From Microthyrium microscopicum (Eukaryota): a DNA stretch of 64,000 bases. The notes beneath the pieces are model-generated. The model was not told the DNA's origin. It did not search any database and saw nothing but the letters and a program-made list of their open reading frames with translations. The DNA lies in the NCBI GenBank assembly GCA_010405405.1, contig MU004247.1, positions 186,001-250,000 on the forward strand, read 5' to 3'. Shown piece by piece: positions 1 through 11,446 of this stretch. The number at the start of each line of letters is the position of its first letter. Within the stretch, counting starts at the first letter, position 1. Made by a program: the position numbers and the translations under genes.

Positions 1-1253
1 TCACTCGCAAGACGGCCTGGGGGAGACATTTTTGAGACGATAGGGGCTGATAATGTGGATGAAGAGGCTGCAATTAGGTGGTAAGGATATTTGGTTTGAC
101 GGAGCCTTCGAAAGACCTGAAAAGATGAACTGAGTAACAGCCACTATAGATTTCTGAACTGCGAAAGGAGATCTCTCAGCATTTATAGAAGGTTTCACAC
201 CAGCTAGCTACAACTCTGGGGATTTTTCTCCCTGATTGAACCTGGTGCCACGTACTTTCTGCGCTAAAGCGCACTCTGAACCAATCTCATCCCTTAGATA
301 CCAATGTGATGCTCTCAGCGAGAACTTCCAGGCCTCGTAGTATGCATGCACACGCTAAATCCAACCCCCGATACCGTTATACCTCGTATTTCGCGGGCCT
401 AAAGTTTAAACAGCCTTATGAGATTGGTTAAGCAGTCAAGCTAAAGCTTACATGCTTTAGCTCAATTCTAGCTCAACTTAGTTGCAGAAGCGACAGCTTT
501 CCTCACTAGCGTGACTTCAGCCTGATCAACGGTCTGATAACAGCGTTGTCAACGCTGACAACGATTGATGTAGACTGTGTATGTAGATATCAGGCCACAT
601 GATATTCTCTTATCTTATACTACGCAGGGTTATTCCAGGCTGTGGGATCCGATAATAGATTCAGGAATATGGAAGCTGACCTGAAGAGATTGACGGGAGC
701 ATATCTTCGCAGTCAAACGCCGGATTTGGTCCTGCGTGACGATATGCAATTCATGCAGAGTAGTGGTTGGTCAATTTTGATGCACCTGTTCAATCAAATC
801 ACTGCCGCGAGAAACTTGTGGACTGAAGACTAAGATTATGCCTCATCTATTCCCAATAACTTGACACACTGATTCATAATATCACTGGCATTATAGAAGA
901 CTGCAGCCCAGTCAGCTTGACTAGAGTAGAACTATAACCAAGTCGCCACTCCTTCGTCATGCTTGCCAATGTCTTATGACCCTTGAGCTTTCGAACGCTT
1001 CAATGCTGCTATTCATATATGGCGGCTTTGAGATTGTGAGCTCGGGTGGCTAAGTATCCATGCGATGAGAACGGCTCAGGCTGGAGAGTCTTTGTTGTAT
1101 TCAAAGCCTGTGATTTTGATCTGTATGCTATGCTAATTATGTAAACAAAAATATACAACTCATCGCTTTTTTATCAACAGGCAAATGCAGAAAGCAATGA
1201 CCATCAAGAGGTCGGGTATCATACAAACTTTCACACAATCCAAACTCGATCCC

Positions 1254-3257
1254 TCAAAAAGCGAGTTGATCAAGCCACTCGTTCATGTAAACACATGTAT
1301 CCGGGTTGACCTTTCCACCAATCCGACAATCCTTCGCTACCGGACATCTACCACAAGGCGACTGCGTGAATCCATTTCCGGGTCCAAACCCGCTCTCGTC
1401 AGGTTCAACTGCTCCAATGAAGTTCAATATCCTAAGATCCCGCGATCCAGGCTCCTGCCAGACCGTTCGAACTGCCCGATATCGTCCAGGAGCCATGGCT
1501 TCAACTCGGTCATCATATACCAGCTGAGCGACGAGTTTCTTGATATCTTGAAGGCCCAACTCCATGTCCTTGATAAAGTCTGCTTGAATAATGGCCTTTC
1601 TGATATCGTCACAGGTTGGATAGTCTTCAAAGTCGGCAGACTGAGGAACGAATGGATTGCCATTTGGTGCAATGGGCTGTCGGAAGAGTGGTGGGTCCGG
1701 CTTGATCTGGTCTGTCTCTTTCTCTGTGCTCTCGGCTGGCTCTTTGCCTTTGCCCGTAGTAGGTGCTTTGCCTTTGCCTTTGATGACTTTGACTGGCTTT
1801 TCGACTTTTGGTGGTTTGACTGCTACCCAGGTTTTTGCCTGGAGGTAATCGACAATGAACTTTCCAACTTCAAGTACTAAACCGTCATCGAGTTCGCCTT
1901 CTGTGTAAAACGTTCCACCTGTGCTTTCTTCATTTGGTTCCAGGTTGTAGAGAATGTACATGCGCTTAGCAGCATTTTTCGAAGTTTTGAATTCCTTAAT
2001 AAGCTTCTTACTGTTAAGGTCTTTCAACGTCTTCGTGATGGTATTTTCGTGCATATTGGTCTTGGACTGAAGTGTCTTTTTCCAGACGCCAATTTGTCCG
2101 GCTTGTTCAATGTGTTGGTAGACCAGGTGAGAGTCCGGAGTCAGTTGGGCGAGCTTGAGAGCGTCCTGCTTGCTTCGAATTCTGTAGCGCACAGTGCTGT
2201 TCCAAGTCTTGTATGGTCTGAACTGCTGGGTTTGAAGTAGCTGGTTACAGAGTTCCATAAGCTCGGCATCATTATCCGTAACGGCAAACTCTTCGAGCTG
2301 CGTTTTGCTGATATCTGTACCAGATTTACCAGCCACAAATTTGACGGCACATTCGTAGAGTAGATCTCGCTTGTTTTTAGTAGTGGTAGACGCACCTTGA
2401 GCAGCGTTAGTGTTGAGCTTTTTCCGCTTGACGACTGGCCCAGACTCGGCTTCTGCAAGGCCAGGGTCCTCCGTAGCATTGGTTGTAGGACTCTTCCGCT
2501 TGGCTGCTGGCTTAGATACAACTTTTGTTGGACCAGCATCCTTTGTAGCTTCTTCATTGGGGTTCGTCTGTGCGGCAGCTGGCTCAGTCTGGCCATCCAC
2601 CAAGCCGAGTTCCTCAGCAGCGTTGTCGGCTTTCTTCTGCTTCGCTGCAGACTCAGATGCACCGCCTGCTGGAGCAGAGCCTTTGGAGGCGTTGGCGCTC
2701 GGTTTCTGTCGCTTAGCGGCTGGTTCTGGTTCTGCTTCATCGAGTTCGGGGTCCTCAGTCACTTCACTATCGGCTTTCTCTTGCTCGGCAGCGGGTTTGG
2801 GTTGCGATACCTCAGCAGCGTCGTCGTCAGTTCTCTTTCGCTTAGCACCTGATTTGGCAGAATTGACAGGCTTGGAGGGTTTCGACGCTTCTGGAGATTC
2901 GACAGGCTTGACAGGTTCAGCGGGTTCGACAGATCCATCTCCTTCAGGCGTGGCTTCTGCCGTGTCAGGGGAGTCCTGAGCATCCTCGGCAGTTGTTTGC
3001 TTGCGCTTAGCAGCCGGTTGACGTTTAGACGTAGCCTTTGAGGTGGCAGGGGAGTCTTGGGCAGCCTTCTTCGTATACTTGCGTTTTGCGACTGGCTTGG
3101 CGGCTGATTCAGATATGCCTTCGGCGACTGCAGAGGCAGCGGGAGCAGCTTTCTTAACGGGCTTCTTCCGCTTAGTAGCTGGTTCGGGTGTGGCACCAGC
3201 GGGACCAGAGGCGACCTGAGTAGCCTCGTTGTTGCCTCTTTTCCGCTTAGGAGCCAT
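1254..3257 (-). CDS. RPC34: RNA polymerase III subunit C34/RPC6 with long N-terminal low-complexity extension
   Basis: Intronless ORF; first ATG at 3257 (MAPKRKRG). The C-terminal ~370 aa show the winged-helix region (LVYQHIEQAGQIGVWKKTL...LKDLNSKKLIK), PNEESTGGTFYTEGELD and the terminal Cys cluster SPCGRCPVAKDC...NPDTCVYMNEWL typical of RPC6. Confidence 0.9.
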   Translation of the reverse strand: MAPKRKRGNNEATQVASGPAGATPEPATKRKKPVKKAAPAASAVAEGISESAAKPVAKRKYTKKAAQDSPATSKATSKRQPAAKRKQTTAEDAQDSPDTAEATPEGDGSVEPAEPVKPVESPEASKPSKPVNSAKSGAKRKRTDDDAAEVSQPKPAAEQEKADSEVTEDPELDEAEPEPAAKRQKPSANASKGSAPAGGASESAAKQKKADNAAEELGLVDGQTEPAAAQTNPNEEATKDAGPTKVVSKPAAKRKSPTTNATEDPGLAEAESGPVVKRKKLNTNAAQGASTTTKNKRDLLYECAVKFVAGKSGTDISKTQLEEFAVTDNDAELMELCNQLLQTQQFRPYKTWNSTVRYRIRSKQDALKLAQLTPDSHLVYQHIEQAGQIGVWKKTLQSKTNMHENTITKTLKDLNSKKLIKEFKTSKNAAKRMYILYNLEPNEESTGGTFYTEGELDDGLVLEVGKFIVDYLQAKTWVAVKPPKVEKPVKVIKGKGKAPTTGKGKEPAESTEKETDQIKPDPPLFRQPIAPNGNPFVPQSADFEDYPTCDDIRKAIIQADFIKDMELGLQDIKKLVAQLVYDDRVEAMAPGRYRAVRTVWQEPGSRDLRILNFIGAVEPDESGFGPGNGFTQSPCGRCPVAKDCRIGGKVNPDTCVYMNEWLDQLAF

Positions 3258-4150
3258 AGCTTCTGAGAGGTCTGAAGTGTCTAGCTTTTTCTTTGATCTC
3301 GCTCTTCTTCTGTGGGACAGACAGATTGAAGTGGTTGAGTAGATGTCAAGGTCCAAGAAAATCCAGAGGAGTCCAAGACGTTGATGAGTTTATTCCATGG
3401 GTGGACGTTGCAGTGCTGAGGTTTGAAGAATTATTGTCGTGGGGCGTTGAATAAAAAAGGTGGGTGACAATTTATGTGGCAGTTGCGATGAACAGTCACT
3501 CCGCACGGACCAGCCTACCGCCGACTACACCCTTCTCGCCCACATTTTGACATAGAATCTAATCTAGTATTTATTCATTATTTTGGTACTATATGTAAGA
3601 AACGGCTACTTGAGGGAAAGCCCGACTACTTGTTCTTATGATTTGGTGAGGAGTGTAGTGCAAAGTATTTATTTACTAAGTAGTTACTCTAGTGTAACCG
3701 AAGTTGGTACAGATCTCTAACTAACATTTTCGTTGTTCCCTATGACAATGGAAAATATGCATAAGTTTAAACAAAGACTCCGTGTATGGTAACGATGACC
3801 TTCGTGTAATTCAAATCAAGAAGTTGCAGCTCAGCGTAGTCAGACCCATCGCATCTTGAACCACAGCCAGCAGTCGTGATTGATCATGATACTGAGAGTG
3901 TATGGCATATGATCAATCTGCTGAAGAGCTACTCTGTCGTCTCTCAATAATTCTTTGTCCTGTGGCTAGTAACCGAATTTTTCTTTGTCAAGATGCTTCC
4001 GACGTCTTCTTTGAGTGATGATGAAAGCAACCATGTAGTGTAAACCGTATTTGAATTTACGCTTCTTCCAACCAACTCATCCACACCACTCTTGATATTT
4101 CGAAAGTGAGACTGATATTTGCAGACTGACACTTCGACATTAACGTCAAA

Positions 4151-5044
4151 ATGGCATTCGCACGAGTAGTCCGAGCCAATATCCCAGCTCATCCAACACC
4201 TCCCGCTCCGCCAGTTCCAACGCTCACACACAATGCCAATGGACAAATAGGGCCAACATTGAATCCGTATGTGCTTCATGAAAATCGTAGAGAACGTGAT
4301 ACTAACCCCCATATTAGCGCAGCGTTGGAAAGCTCCATTCTCGCAAACCTCCCAAATCCAACATCACTCCAACAATCTCTCCAAAACCACCTCTCATCCG
4401 TACTGGCCAACATCCCAACTCCACAGGTACCGAACATTCCACAAGTTACGATTCCTCAAATTACTGTTCCCCAAATAACTGTGAACATTCCACAGGTCAC
4501 CATACCTAATGTCAACATCCCCGGCGTCGTCTACAACACCCAGCCAGCCGCACAACAACCCGCCGCTCAACAGCCAGCCGCCACCGGCAACAGCGGCAGC
4601 GGTAACGGTGGCAGTGGATCCGGCAACAGCGGCTCCGGAAGTAATAACAACAACGGAGGCAATGCTAACGGCGGAGGACAAGTCTCTGTCAACAACCAAG
4701 GTAATGCCGCACCACAAGCGCAGAGTCAAGCGCAGACTCAGGCGCAACCTGCAACGCAGAATGCTAACACTGCTCAAGGGAGCACTGTCACGATCGGTGG
4801 CAGCGCCGCTACGACTACAAATGTCAATGGAATCTTGACTGAGTCCGTAGCGCAGGCGACTGGTAAAGGGAAGGAATCAGGAACGCTGTATGGACCGGGT
4901 TTTGGTTTGAACCCGACGGTTGGTCCGGATGGTATTGGTTTGCATTTGCATAATGGAGCTGGTGCGTTGTTGGAGACGAAACGTGTTTCCTTTGTTGGCG
5001 CTGGATTGGCGGTGTATGTTTTTGTGACTTTGTTATTTTTCTAA
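4151..5044 (+). CDS. Hypothetical low-complexity (P/Q/N/G-rich) protein with C-terminal hydrophobic anchor
   Basis: 297-aa ORF with good start context (caaaATGG), IPQ(V/I)T repeats, a G/N/S tract, and a C-terminal hydrophobic stretch FVGAGLAVYVFVTLLFF. Confidence 0.7.
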   Translation: MAFARVVRANIPAHPTPPAPPVPTLTHNANGQIGPTLNPYVLHENRRERDTNPHISAALESSILANLPNPTSLQQSLQNHLSSVLANIPTPQVPNIPQVTIPQITVPQITVNIPQVTIPNVNIPGVVYNTQPAAQQPAAQQPAATGNSGSGNGGSGSGNSGSGSNNNNGGNANGGGQVSVNNQGNAAPQAQSQAQTQAQPATQNANTAQGSTVTIGGSAATTTNVNGILTESVAQATGKGKESGTLYGPGFGLNPTVGPDGIGLHLHNGAGALLETKRVSFVGAGLAVYVFVTLLFF

Positions 5045-5286
5045 AGACATAAGACTGTAGTGGAGTTATAAGGCTGGGTTAGAATACAATCTGTAGACTG
5101 ATTTGTCGAATGTTTGGTGAGCTCCATGATATGAGTATTGAGCTGGTATAAGGTCGGAATAGCTTCTCCGATGATCATGAGGATACGATCTGCGACACCT
5201 TTGATGAACTCAGTCCAAATCCATAGAAATACCTTATTTTATAACTCTCGGCAAGCCGTTGTCTCATATTTTCTTATCCATCCATC

Positions 5287-5740
5287 ATGACATCCACTTT
5301 CAAACAGGTGCTTTGCTACATCGCCCGAAATCCATCAATGACACAAGAACAATTCTACGACCACTGGAAGAACAAACACGCTCCTCTCTGCGTTGACTGG
5401 GCTCATAAATATGGTATCAGAGGATACATGCAGGTAAGCTCATTTCAAACGCAACGGAGTAACCGCTACAAGCTCATGTATACAGATTCGAGCTGCTGGC
5501 TGGGTGACTCCTGCAGATAGCAATGGAAAGCCATTGACGGAGGCGCCGGTGGAGTATGATGGTATAGCCTTGTTCGAGGTTACGTCGGAAGAATTGTTTA
5601 ATCAAGCCTTTGAGGACGAGCATTTCTTGCACCACATTCGTCCCGATGAAGACCGGATGTTGGATAGGGAGGCGTTTGGACGAGGCATTATCATGACAGC
5701 TTCAGGGGAGGGTCTTAAGATCATCACTCCAAAAGACTGA
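5287..5740 (+). CDS. EthD-domain (dimeric alpha/beta barrel) protein
   Basis: Two exons joined in frame by intron 5434-5485 (GTAAGC...TACAG). Motifs RNPSMTQEQFYDHWKNKHAPL, YDGIA and IRPDEDRMLD match the EthD family pattern. Confidence 0.8.
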
Positions 5741-6284
5741 ATGGAATATATCGCGTCGATGAGTCCGTTTGATGATAGATGCGATGGTGTGATGAATGTA
5801 GAGAGTACATCGGAAGGTTACTCTGGAAAGCGCTGTGAGCGCAAGATTGCTCATTAGCCCTAGCCTCAAATGCCCCTCTTCCGTGATCCTGATGATGTGC
5901 ATATTAGTCGGCCTCTAAAACTGCCCAGTAATGTTAGGGAGGTTGCCTGGTAAGATTAAAATGAAGTTGATAGAACCTGACTTGGATCTAGGATCTGCGA
6001 ACTCGCTGCTGTTATTCTTCGCTTCCATGTCCATATTGATCTTCCCAAGCTTCTAATATTCGCCGCCCATCTATAACCAACGTCCTATCCGTATCTTTCC
6101 TTCTACTCCAACGCGATACCCCTCCCATATCAATTGCGTCTCTCCATCCTCACGTACACCAGATTACATATCAAACACGACCAGCGGCATTTCTTTTATC
6201 CCAATCGGCATGCCTATCTAGCACCGCTCGCCTTCCCCGCGACTCCATATTGCGACCGACATATTCCGTGAAGATATTGATAAC

Positions 6285-8828
6285 ATGCCACGGCCCAAGA
6301 AAGATGGCGCAGGCCCACCCAAGACGCGGAGTCGATTCGGATGCTGGCCATGCAAAGCGCGTAAAGTCAAATGCGGAGAAGAGAAGCCCACCTGCAAGAA
6401 CTGCCAGCGCCAGGGCGAAACTTGCGATTACAGTATTCGTTTGAATTGGGCGGGTCGATCAAAGAGCAAGGGGGAAGATTTAATGACATTTTCAACACAA
6501 AGTCTGCCAAACAGTCCTTCGACCATTGTGTTTCCCTCTCCGGAAGTGTTTTCTGGAAACACCACGCCAAAAGCCTCAACACCAGTGTTCAGTGCCTCCA
6601 AGTTATCTCCAAGACAACATAATCGATCACGATCTCATATTACGAATCCAGCACCCAGAGATGGTTGGAACGTAGATCCATTGTTGTTTGCCAATCAGGA
6701 TGTAAAACCGACTTCAAATCAAATGTCTGCGGCTGAGGGTAGTGGTATATCTCGTGGTATGGAAAGGCAGAGCGAAGGAGGAGCTATATCGGGTATTCCA
6801 GGTGCTCAATATCTTCGAAATTCATGGCACTTTCCTTCAGGATCAATGCCACATTCGCCATTGCTGAATGTGCCAATGTCAGCAGACGGTACTACAGTAT
6901 TTTCTGGAAATCCGACGATAACAGATCCCGGTTCTTTATCCAGACCAGCATCTGGAGGAGATTCCTACATAACCACAGCGGACCGAAGCAAACGTATACG
7001 GCTCAATTCCAGTATGGACAGTACATCTGCGCCGGCCCTGGTTCAATACGAGTCACCACCAGAGGGACAAATCATTGCATCGCCAACCATGAATGCCAAG
7101 TCTCCAAATAGTAGATTTCTAGCTCCCACACCATTCCCTGGCACACCACAAACCACAGGCTCTTCTGCTTCGGACGATCAAGGATCTCGCATATTCTGGA
7201 AACCTGGATCTTCAAGATTATCACCAGGGGACGATGGACGAAGAGCATCCGTCCCAGTGAGCTCTTTACTTATAGATACACCACCCGATCAACTGGACAC
7301 ATCAGAAAAGAGACGAATCACTGTTAAAGAGAGCATCTCCACTTTCTACGGCTACGATAGAGGCGTTCAAGATCTGGACATTGGGCACAATGATGATGAC
7401 AATGCGATTGTCGGTAGTCCGGCAATCTCAACAACAGCAACCCTCGAGGGCCTGAGTAATGGTCAGACAGTTGCCATGGCCTTTGAGCCCGGCGGATACT
7501 ACTCAAAACCAGTTCCTATCAAGATACCCAACACTCTCCTACCACTTCCCGATCAACTTACCAGCAATCACATGAATTTACTCTACTTTCATCATTTTCT
7601 CAACCACACAGCCAGAATCCTCGCACCTCATGATTGTCCTGTCAATGCTTATCGGACTGTTTTACCAAGAAGTAAGTGCGTCCCATCTTTCATGCTTTAT
7701 TCTAATAATTACAGTGGCTATACATGACGAAGACCTAATGAACCTGCTCCTGGCATACTCTGCTTGTCATAGATCCAGATTACTCAAACATCCCGAACCA
7801 GAAACTCGAATCGCTCGCTGGGTCGAAGATGTATTTCCCCGACTCCGCACAGCTCTTATCAATCCCGACAAAATATCCATCAACGCTATCGCCACCAGCA
7901 TCATGCTCGTCTCGCTAGAAATCATCTCTCCCGGAGCATTTGGCGTAGATATTCAATGGTACAGATACCTGTCCATGGCTCGCGAAATGTTCATAGCGCA
8001 CGCACGCAACAACGGTCCACCGGTCTTTGACGATGAACAATTCTTCCTTGCTAGATGGTTCGTCTATCTTGACGTCCTAGGCGCTCTAAGCGGGCCAGCT
8101 CCTTCCCGCCCATTACCGTTGGACACGTATTTTGTCGACGACCCTAATGAGGCGCCTGACACTATTGACTGCTTCTTCGGCTGCACTCGCTACTGCATGC
8201 GTCTCCTCCATCAAGTCGCTGAACTCGTCAAAGACACTGAACCCGCACGTCTAGACGCTGACAAGCAGGTGCGCGCCGACTGGGCACCGTCAGCGGACGT
8301 CGAGGGACGTGCTAATATGCTACTCTCCGCGCTCCATGAAAGCCGTCTCAAAGTCCCCTATACATGTCCACATGGCGACTTGACGAGTCCAGTCGACGAG
8401 AGCACAGTCGATCTGCACGAGATGATATCGACCAACAGCCTCTACCACTGGGCCGGTGTAATTCAACTCCTCCGCCGTGTCCTCAACAAATCGCAAGATA
8501 GCCGGGAAGTTTCCGAAGCCGTGCAATCCGTTCTCGAGAATCTTGAGACGATTCGCGACGGTAGTCCGGCAGAAGCGTGTTTACTCTTCCCCATATTCAC
8601 CGCCGCATGCGAAGCGACGGACCAACATCAGAGGGATAGATTTGCGAGTCGTTTGTCGGATGTGGAGGAATTTGGCATGAAGCAGGTAAGCTTAACTCCA
8701 TCCTATTTCTGAACTTGTACTTTGTCTAACGGGTGTTGTAGGTGATTAATGCAAAGGAACTAATGGAGAAGACATGGGCGTCTAACATGCCCTGGGAGAG
8801 TATAGTGAACGAAGAGTTCATCGGCTAA
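6285..8828 (+). CDS. Zn(II)2Cys6 transcription factor with fungal TF (Fungal_trans_2-like) C-terminal domain
   Basis: GCWPCKARKVKCGEEKPTCKNCQRQGETCDY binuclear cluster; YFHHFLNHTARIL and LLFPIFTAACEA motifs. Introns 7672-7714 and 8686-8741 restore the frame, and the protein ends ...EEFIG*. Confidence 0.92.
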
Positions 8829-9402
8829 GATCGTTTATCGGTTAACAAAATAGCGTTGTGTTCTAATTTCTCAGCTTCTTTTTCAAATTAGGCAAGGTTG
8901 TTATGGCTTGGGATGGCCTACATATATCCACAAAGCGGGTCGGGTTTGTTGATGTTGCTGCTTTTTAGCGATTAAAATTGTAATGGTTTAGAGACGAGAT
9001 TATGAAAATTTTCGTGTGTTTATACATTATAGGCTGTGTGATTGTGTTCTATTGAATACATTGTGTTGATACAAGTGGCACTCCAGGCCCATAGTCCCGA
9101 AGAGTAGAATCAATGAGCGGACCTTGAATAGTAGTGCCCGCGCTCTGGTTATTTTGATTTCTTGTCCCACTATTGTTTCGAAGATACTCTAGAGTATGTT
9201 CTAAACCTCATTGGAGGCTTACTTGGACTGTTGAGCATATGATCTGATCTGATTCCAAGTATGAAGTATTGCAGCTGATGTTGATGGTGAAATTGCTATT
9301 TTTCCATAGGATATTGCTCGAACTTCAGGCCATGAATGAATCGACATAGAGCCGCACACTAAAGAAGTGGCTCAAGGTACTGCTTTCCATTCTCCCATGG
9401 CT

Positions 9403-10662
9403 CTACTTGTGGCTGTAGTTGCAACCATGTCCATCTATTACGCCAATCTGAACTCCATCGATCACCAAAGGCGTGTCCTCTCTGACTCTCCGTCTCTTGG
9501 AGCCAAGTTGAATAGGTGGCCCCTCGAACTTGATGGGCTGTTCCTCTGTCGGTTCTGATTTCTCTTCGAGTCCAGTTTTTCCCAAGGTCTCAGACGATGC
9601 GATGGGAATCATGATATTCGGATTATCCTCAGGATCCTGAATCTGGCTAACAGACCAGTCCATGCTTTCTATTTTGGGCTCGGTCTTGACCTTGACCTGG
9701 CTCGGGTCTGAACCAGAGTTGGAAGCACTCGTTTTGGCACCTGCAATGAAAGCCAATAGATTGGCTGTTACCGTGGCGTGTGGTTTCAGCCCGCTCGGAA
9801 TTCCCCTTTCAATTCGATGCTGTTCTTTGAGAGCTCGTCGTGCCAGTGCTGCTGCTGGGTCTCTCCGTATCCTGCCAGCCTCTCTCTTCTCAAAACGTAT
9901 TTGGGGCTCGTCCGAAGGCAAGTTTACTTTCTCTAAGTTCTTAGAGATCAAGTACGGATCCGTAGGCATAGTCAAATTTGTGTAATCATCTGGCTCTGCC
10001 TCTAGAGCAATGTCATCACTTCGTGATCCCGTGGTCTCAGAACCTGCGGGCACGGGATATTTGAGGGTTAGTGACGCGAGATCGACTCCAAGATTAGCGG
10101 CAAGGCCTTTCGCACCGATTGGGTCTGCCAATGCTCGAGCCGATAGAGCGCGTAATGTACGCTCAGGATGCTTTCGAAGCTCTTTCCTGGTAATGCCCTT
10201 GAAATTAGGATCGAACTCTGGACCTGGACTCTGGAATTCTTCGGAGAGGTTGTATCTCTCGGCTATCCATTTCTCTGCTCTCATCAAGCTACTGTTAGGG
10301 CGCGGGAACTTTCCCTGAAGACGCGCTGTTTGGGCGAGTCCAAATCTCACATGATATCTGGCTTCTTGATAGACTAAACGCCACCCCCTACTGGCTTGTG
10401 TCCTCGGATTTGCGGCTTTGATTTTCGCAGCTCTTGTCTGAGCTTTTGTTGTTAGCTGGTTCCAATTGTACAAGGCCACTTCTCGTGGTGTCTTGATCAC
10501 GTTAGCGTGAAGCCTGGAGAGATTCTTGAGAACGCGCAGATGACTTACTGTGCAATTTCTTGGCAAGTGGTCCGTCAGCCCACAGATATGACACCATACT
10601 GGTTGCTCGTAGGGGAAGAGATCTTGGACTTCTCCTGAATCTGGCGATGGGTTGCTGGCCAT
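9403..10662 (-). CDS. Hypothetical basic protein with single CCHC zinc knuckle
   Basis: Long intronless ORF; first ATG at 10662 (MASNPSP). CHICGLTDHLPRNC fits C-x2-C-x4-H-x4-C. Confidence 0.7.
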   Translation of the reverse strand: MASNPSPDSGEVQDLFPYEQPVWCHICGLTDHLPRNCTVSHLRVLKNLSRLHANVIKTPREVALYNWNQLTTKAQTRAAKIKAANPRTQASRGWRLVYQEARYHVRFGLAQTARLQGKFPRPNSSLMRAEKWIAERYNLSEEFQSPGPEFDPNFKGITRKELRKHPERTLRALSARALADPIGAKGLAANLGVDLASLTLKYPVPAGSETTGSRSDDIALEAEPDDYTNLTMPTDPYLISKNLEKVNLPSDEPQIRFEKREAGRIRRDPAAALARRALKEQHRIERGIPSGLKPHATVTANLLAFIAGAKTSASNSGSDPSQVKVKTEPKIESMDWSVSQIQDPEDNPNIMIPIASSETLGKTGLEEKSEPTEEQPIKFEGPPIQLGSKRRRVREDTPLVIDGVQIGVIDGHGCNYSHK

Positions 10663-11446
10663 CTTGACGACGATGGTGAGAGACGACTTCCCGGTGAGGT
10701 AGGGTTGTACGTAGGAAAATGATGATTGCTTCCGCAGACTTGGGAGGACGATGAAGCGTCGATGGAGCGTCAACTCTGGCTAGTATTTGATCCATAGGGA
10801 GATGAAGTTGACGGACCACGGTTGCCTATGGTAGAGTGTACCTGCCATAAGGCTGAGACGCTAGCCTCTTATGGAAATGGCGACTTTGGAAAAGGCAATC
10901 GAGCTGGAGAGTCTTGGTCGGTGTATATCGCGCTAACATTTATCCGGCGGAAGGGCCCATGAAGTCAGTCGGCTAGAATCACATCATTTTGGTACTCCTA
11001 TAAGCTTAATAGTGTGTTAGCGATAGCTAGTTGTGGGCAACAGGTCGACAAAATAAAAGACATGTCCCTTCGATGCTATACTTCTCCCGCCGCACCATAT
11101 AAAGAGCCAAGCTACTAGATAACACATTAATCATCTCAGTTCCTGATCTTATACATAGACCCAGTACTTACATTCTATGTAGCACTTAGGAACATTGTGG
11201 TAGTGGTAGATATGTCGAAATTCGACCAGGGTCGTACTCTCGCACGGACCAAATCGATTCTCGCCCCTGTGACGGGACCGAACATTTCTTATCCAGAGAC
11301 TTTATCCATTGCAAACTCAACGCAACGTATCGCATCGCATACAATGGACTCAAGATCGTAACATACCATCAAAGGTCATACACGACCTTGTGTCATCATC
11401 AGAAAGAGGGTCGCCCCAGCGGCGGAGCTTGAGGTAGCAGTTGGCG

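Noticed and set aside
1..400. Possible 3' exons of a gene entering from the left edge
   Set aside because: Splice-like signals exist, but I could not build a consistent frame or recognise a product.
439..557. Short inverted repeats (AGCTAAAGC/GCTTTAGCT; CAGCGTTG/CAACGCTG)
   Set aside because: Stems of 8-9 bp are expected by chance in 64 kb, and there is no TSD or element context.
1185..2979. Plus-strand ORFs of 150-230 aa
   Set aside because: Antisense shadows of RPC34; the same applies to similar overlapping ORFs opposite APE2, CSC1, the hydrolase gene and the gene at 54768.
5287..8828. EthD gene plus Zn2Cys6 TF as a secondary-metabolite cluster
   Set aside because: There is no PKS, NRPS, terpene synthase, tailoring enzyme or transporter in the window.
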